Below are positions 59,271 to 64,000 of a stretch of 64,000 bases of DNA, piece after piece (position 1 is the stretch's first letter; each line of letters opens with the position of its first letter). Source of the stretch: an uncultured Solirubrobacteraceae bacterium (GTDB lineage: Bacteria > Actinomycetota > Thermoleophilia > Solirubrobacterales > Solirubrobacteraceae); NCBI GenBank assembly GCA_964588985.1, contig CAZPQW010000009.1, positions 60,459-124,458 of the forward strand. Reading direction: 5' to 3'. Position numbers and translations under genes: made by a program. Under the pieces are notes generated by a model. That model made no database searches and was not told the origin of the DNA. It saw only the letters and a list, made by a program, of their open reading frames with translations.

Positions 59271-61163
59271 ATGAGAAGACCGGGCAGACGCGGCGAGTGG
59301 GTCGCCGTGGCGGCGATCACGCTCGGCGGGGCGGTGCTGAGACTGCTGTATCTGAGCAGGGTCTCGCCGGACCCGTTCTACGACGCGGCGGTGCGCAGCA
59401 TGTCGCTGTCGTGGCACAACTTCTTCTTCGGGGCGTTCGAGCCGGGCGCCAGCGTGTCGATCGACAAGCCCCCGATCGACCTGTGGCTGCAGGTCGTGAG
59501 CGTGAAGCTGCTCGGGTTCAGCTCGACGACACTGAAGCTGCCCGAGGCGTTCGCGGGGATCGCCTCGGTGCCGTTGATCTACGTGGCGGTGCGCCGCATG
59601 TGGAGCGCCACCGCGGGCATTGCCGCCGCGGTCGCCCTCGCGGTGCTGCCGATCGAGGTGATCACCTCACGCAGCGACACGATGGACGCGGTGATGATGC
59701 TCACGCTCGTGCTCGCGCTGCTGGCGCTGGTGCGCGCCGCCGAGAGCGGCCGACGGCTGTGGCTGCTGCTCGGCGCCGCGGCGCTGGGGCTGGCGTTCAA
59801 CGTGAAGCTGCTCGAGTCTCTGATCGCCCTGCCGGGGCTTGCCGCGTTCGCGTACCTCGGACTCCCCGGCACGCGTGTGCGACGCCTTGCGCGGCTGTCG
59901 CTCGCGGGCGTCGTGTACGTGGCGGTGGCGCTGTCGTGGCTGACCGCGACGCTGATCGCGCCGGCGCACGACCGCCCGTTCGCGATCGGGTCGACGAACG
60001 GCAGCGCGTGGAACGCGGCGTTCGTGTTCAACGGCACCGACCGGCTCGGCGGCAAATCGCCGGAACCGCAGTTCACCGTCTACCAGCCGGGCCACACCTA
60101 TCCCGAGGCGACGCAGTCCGAGCGCGACCACATCCCGATCGTGCCCGGCTCCCCCACGCGCCTGCTCTCGCGGATCGGCCCGCTTTCGGGCGAGCGCCTG
60201 GGGATGGAGGTGCTGCTCGCGCTGCTGCTCGGCGTGCCTGCGCTGCTGTGGGGGCTGCTGCGAACCGAGAGCGCGGAGTCCGAGACCACCGAGGCGGAGG
60301 CTTCCGCCCGCGAGGGTCGCGCGCGCATGCGCCGCGCGGTCGCCGTCGGCATCGGGCTGTGGATGCTCACGGGGATCGCGCTGTTCAGCCACATGGCGCG
60401 GCTGCACCCGCGCTACGTGGAGGGCTTCACCCCGGCGGTTGCCGCCATGTTCGGGATCGGCGTGGCGTGGGCGTGCGCGCAGGTCTCCAATCGCAGGGAG
60501 AGCGCGCTCAGACTGGCGATTCTCGCGGCGTCGCTCGCGATCGCCGTGTTCTACTCCGAGCGGTTGATGTACGGAACGCCCGCCACGTGGTGGGTGGCGC
60601 TGCTGGGCGCGCTCGGCGCGATCGCGTCGGCGGCGCTCGCGCGCTTCCCCGGCTCTCCCTCTCCCCGACGGGCATCGCTCGCCGCCGCGGGCGCGACGAT
60701 CCTGACGCTCGTGGCGATCCTCGCGGTTCCCTTCGGGGCCGACGTGACGGCGATCGAAACCCACGTGACGGACGCCGGCTACGTCGGTGCACTGCCGAGC
60801 GAACAGCAGCGTCCGCTGAGCGCGTACCTGCGCGCCCATCAGGATGGCGCGCGTTACGAGGTCGCGGCGGAGTCGGCCACCGCGATCGGGTCACTGATCG
60901 TCCAGGACGCGCGTCCGGTCCTGGTGCTGACAAGCTACAGCGGGCGCGTGTTCACCTCGATCTCCAAGCTGCAGCAGCTCGCGGCCGAAGGCCAGGTGCG
61001 CTACGCCTTCCTGAACACGTTCTGCGGCCGGGTCGCCACGAGCACCAACCCCGCGTGCGCCGCGCCTGTGAAGTGGGTGCGCGCTCACGCGACGGACGTC
61101 TCGCGGGAAGCGGGGCTGGGCAAGAACGGGCTGCTGTATCGGCTGCCGGGAGTCGCGCCGTGA
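59271..61163 (+). CDS. GT39/ArnT-like (PMT family) glycosyltransferase
   Basis: FYDAAVRSM..SWHNFFFG, IDKPP, GLAFNVK, IGSTNGS. Confidence 0.85.
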   Translation: MRRPGRRGEWVAVAAITLGGAVLRLLYLSRVSPDPFYDAAVRSMSLSWHNFFFGAFEPGASVSIDKPPIDLWLQVVSVKLLGFSSTTLKLPEAFAGIASVPLIYVAVRRMWSATAGIAAAVALAVLPIEVITSRSDTMDAVMMLTLVLALLALVRAAESGRRLWLLLGAAALGLAFNVKLLESLIALPGLAAFAYLGLPGTRVRRLARLSLAGVVYVAVALSWLTATLIAPAHDRPFAIGSTNGSAWNAAFVFNGTDRLGGKSPEPQFTVYQPGHTYPEATQSERDHIPIVPGSPTRLLSRIGPLSGERLGMEVLLALLLGVPALLWGLLRTESAESETTEAEASAREGRARMRRAVAVGIGLWMLTGIALFSHMARLHPRYVEGFTPAVAAMFGIGVAWACAQVSNRRESALRLAILAASLAIAVFYSERLMYGTPATWWVALLGALGAIASAALARFPGSPSPRRASLAAAGATILTLVAILAVPFGADVTAIETHVTDAGYVGALPSEQQRPLSAYLRAHQDGARYEVAAESATAIGSLIVQDARPVLVLTSYSGRVFTSISKLQQLAAEGQVRYAFLNTFCGRVATSTNPACAAPVKWVRAHATDVSREAGLGKNGLLYRLPGVAP

Positions 61164-62356
61164 GCGAGCCCGACACGCAGACCGAGCTGCTGCGCACGCT
61201 CGCTGACGGCGCGCGCAAGGCTGGCTGCCTTGCGCTCGACACGGAGTTCATGGGCGAGGGTCGCTACCGGACGCTGCTGTGCCTCGTCCAGCTCGCGATC
61301 CCCGAGGGCACCGTGGAGGGCGAGCGAATCCTGATCGTCGATCCGCTCGCCGAGGGCCTAGACGGCTCGCCGCTCGCCGACGTGCTCGCCGATCCGGCGA
61401 TCCAGGTGGTCGTGCACGCGGGCCGCCAGGACATCGCGCTGATCCGCAGGCACCTCCAGACGGAGGTGACGAACGTGTTCGACACGCAGGTCGCCGCCGG
61501 CTTCGCGGGCCTCGGCGCGCAGAGCTCCTACGACTCGCTGCTGACCGACATCCTCGACCTGCGGGTGGCGAAGACCGCGAGCTTCACGCGCTGGGACGCG
61601 CGTCCGCTCTCGCGCGAGCAGCTCGCCTACGCACGCGAGGACGTGGTTCACCTGCTCGAGCTGGCGCGCGAGATCGAACAACGCCTGACCGCGAGCGGAC
61701 GCCTGGAGTGGGCGCGCGAGGAGTGCGGGCCACTCGCGAAGTCAAGCGACGAGCGGGTGCCCGAGACGATCTTCGCGCGCCTGCCGCGGATCGGCGGTCT
61801 TAGCTCCTCGGCGCGCCCGATCGCGCGCGAGCTGGTGGAGTGGCGCGAGCAGACCGCCGAGCGCCAGAACCGGCCCGTCCAGAGCGTGCTCGGCGACGCC
61901 GCGCTGGTGGAGATCGCGAGGCGCAAACCGTCCTCGCGAGGAGAGCTTGAGAAGATCCGCGGCGTCGGAGCGAACGGCTCGGGCAGACGCGCCGACGACC
62001 TGCTGCAGGCGATCGAGCGCGGCGCGAACCGTGTCCCCGATCCGCCGCCGCAGGGCTCTCGTCCGCCCACGCCAAGACAGGACGACGCGCCGCTCGTGGC
62101 GCTCGCCGAGGCGCTCCTGCGCGCAAGGGCCCGTGAGGCGGGGCTCGCCTACGAGCTGCTGGCCTCGCGTGCGGACCTGCAGGCGATTGTCGCGGCCAAC
62201 CGCGCGGGCAGAGACGAGGCCGACGTGCGCACCCTCAGAGGCTGGCGTCGCGAGCTCGCCGGAGCCGAGCTCCTCGACCTCCTCGACGGCCACGGCTCGC
62301 TGTCGGTCAGCGACGGCAAGCTGCGCGTGACGCGCGAGCCGCCGGATCTCGACTAA
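61160..62356 (+). CDS. rnd: Ribonuclease D
   Basis: ALDTEF, HAGRQD, FDTQVAA, W.ARPL...YA.EDV, HRDC domain; GTG start overlaps the upstream stop. Confidence 0.92.
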   Translation: MSEPDTQTELLRTLADGARKAGCLALDTEFMGEGRYRTLLCLVQLAIPEGTVEGERILIVDPLAEGLDGSPLADVLADPAIQVVVHAGRQDIALIRRHLQTEVTNVFDTQVAAGFAGLGAQSSYDSLLTDILDLRVAKTASFTRWDARPLSREQLAYAREDVVHLLELAREIEQRLTASGRLEWAREECGPLAKSSDERVPETIFARLPRIGGLSSSARPIARELVEWREQTAERQNRPVQSVLGDAALVEIARRKPSSRGELEKIRGVGANGSGRRADDLLQAIERGANRVPDPPPQGSRPPTPRQDDAPLVALAEALLRARAREAGLAYELLASRADLQAIVAANRAGRDEADVRTLRGWRRELAGAELLDLLDGHGSLSVSDGKLRVTREPPDLD

Positions 62357-63558
62357 CCGATGTGGTTATAAACTTCAAATAGCGGCAGGTACATCGAGAT
62401 GACGATGAACCCGACGATGCCGCCGATCACGACGATCATGATCGGCTCGAGGATCGACGTGAGCGCCTTGACCGACGCTTCGACCTGTTCCTCGTAGAAC
62501 TCCGCCACCCGGTCGAGCATCTGGTCCAGGGCGCCGGTCTCCTCGCCGACGCCGACCATGTGGGTGACCATCGCGGGGAACAGCGGTGCGGCGGCGAGCG
62601 GCGCGGCGATCGTGCCTCCGCGCTTGACCGATGCGATCACGCCGTCCATCGCTTCCTCGACCGCGACGTTGCCGCCCGTGCGGCCGGTGATCTCCAGGGC
62701 CTGCAGCAGCGGCACGCCCGCGCCGGTGAGCGAGGCGAGTGTGCGCGACCAGCGCGCCACGGCCACCTGCTGGACGATCGTGCCGATCTTCGCGGGCACG
62801 TGCAGGCGGAAGTGATCCCACTGGCGCCGTCCCCATGAGGTTTTCTTCCACTTCGTGAACGTGAGCATGATCAGGGCGGCGGAGCCGAACATCGCCCACC
62901 AGTAGCCGGTGACCATTTCCGACAGGAACACCGACACCTGCGTCAACTTGGGAAGTTCGCCGCCGAACTGCTTGAACACGCCCACGAACACCGGGACGAG
63001 GAACGCGACGAGAGCCATCATCACGCCGACGGCGAAGATGATCACGAGGACCGGGTAGACCATCGCGGATTTGATCTGGCGGCGCAGCGCCGCGTCCTTC
63101 TGCAGCTGGTCGGCGACGCGGATGAGCGCGTCCTCGAGCACGCCTCCCATCTCCCCCGCCTCCGTCATCGCGACGAACAGCGGGTTGAACACCTTCGGGT
63201 GGCGCGCCATCGAGTCGCTCAGCGAGAGGCCCGCCTCGACGTCCTTGCGCACCGCGACGATCGTTTCTTTGAGGTATTTGCTCTCCGTCTGCTCCTCGAG
63301 CACGTACAGCGCCCGCAGGATGCTCATGCCGGAGGAGATCATCGTCGAGAGCTGACGCGAGAATATCGCGAGCTCGGCCGGCTTTACGCGCTTGACGCCG
63401 ATCTCGATGTTCGCCGAGCCGCGCTTGTCGGAGATGTCGAGGACGATCAGGCCGCGCTGCTTGAGCTGGTCTGAGACGGCCTGCTTGGACTCCGCCTCGA
63501 CCTCGCCGCGAGCCTTGACGCCCGCGACGTCGATGGCCTTGAAGACGTACGTGCTCAT
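62353..63558 (-). CDS. pilC: Type IV pilus platform protein PilC
   Basis: FSRQLSTM, AGEMGG.L, SAMVYP, VGEETG.L, LEPIMI. Confidence 0.95.
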   Translation of the reverse strand: MSTYVFKAIDVAGVKARGEVEAESKQAVSDQLKQRGLIVLDISDKRGSANIEIGVKRVKPAELAIFSRQLSTMISSGMSILRALYVLEEQTESKYLKETIVAVRKDVEAGLSLSDSMARHPKVFNPLFVAMTEAGEMGGVLEDALIRVADQLQKDAALRRQIKSAMVYPVLVIIFAVGVMMALVAFLVPVFVGVFKQFGGELPKLTQVSVFLSEMVTGYWWAMFGSAALIMLTFTKWKKTSWGRRQWDHFRLHVPAKIGTIVQQVAVARWSRTLASLTGAGVPLLQALEITGRTGGNVAVEEAMDGVIASVKRGGTIAAPLAAAPLFPAMVTHMVGVGEETGALDQMLDRVAEFYEEQVEASVKALTSILEPIMIVVIGGIVGFIVISMYLPLFEVYNHIG

Positions 63559-63568
63559 CGCGCGATCC

Positions 63569-64000
63569 CTACGCCGCCGCGAGCGTGTTGGCGCCGAGCA
63601 GTCGCCTCAGCTCCTCCGGCGTCGAGGAGCGCGCTTCGGCGAGCTTCTGGGTGATCTTGCCCTGGCGCACGAGCCCCGAGAGCGCGGTGTCCATCGTCTG
63701 CATCCCCGCCGCGGAGCTGGTCTGCAACACGGAGTAGATCTGGTGGGTCTTGCCCTCGCGGATCAGGTTGCGGATCGCGGGGTTCGGCACGAGCACCTCG
63801 CACGCCGCCACGCGGCCGGAGCCGTCGGCGGTCGGCAGCAGCTGCTGGGTCATGATGCCCTGCAGCGCGACCGACAGCTGCACGCGCACCTGGCCCTGCT
63901 GGTGGGCGGGGAACACGTCGATGATGCGGTCGATCGTCTGCGCCGCGTCCTGCGTGTGCAGGGTCGCGAACACGAGGTGGCCGGTCTCGGCCGCGGTCAG
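63569..64000 (-). CDS. pilT: Type IV pilus retraction ATPase PilT (5' end outside the window)
   Basis: AAETGHLVFATLHT His box, AIRNLIRE, GMQTMD. Confidence 0.95.
   Translation of the reverse strand: MTAAETGHLVFATLHTQDAAQTIDRIIDVFPAHQQGQVRVQLSVALQGIMTQQLLPTADGSGRVAACEVLVPNPAIRNLIREGKTHQIYSVLQTSSAAGMQTMDTALSGLVRQGKITQKLAEARSSTPEELRRLLGANTLAAA

Overview
High-GC actinobacterial chromosome segment; gene content and order suggest class Thermoleophilia/Solirubrobacterales (inference). Most of the window is housekeeping on the minus strand: pilT-pilC, two type IV pilins-pilD-pilMNO(P-like), aroC-aroKB-aroQ-pepQ, efp-nusB-xseB-ispA-dxs, tlyA-nadK, recN-steA-steB-pyrG-xerD-deoB-mutM and recO-dgt-dnaG. 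Two tRNA genes, Ile2/CAT and Asn/GTT, are both accessory hot-spots. At tRNA-Ile2 there is a DUF4258/DUF2283-type TA pair and a DUF262+HEPN putative defence pair. The tRNA-Asn locus is the most unusual. On its 5' side, a free-standing HTH-HTH-HNH endonuclease gene ends inside a diverged 22-nt tandem copy of the tRNA 5' end. On its 3' side, a ~1.9 kb integrase-less islet is bounded by 10-bp tRNA-end repeats and two serine-recombinase tail relics, and carries an SOS box and an unknown 397-aa gene. Also seen: a type II R-M pair, VapBC, a set of sigma28/WhiG-type promoters (pilins, pilM, a GT-C glycosyltransferase, an HD-GYP gene), a c-di-GMP-I-like riboswitch before the major pilin, two candidate structured RNAs and widespread leaderless gene starts. 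All calls were made by eye from motifs; no database searches were run.
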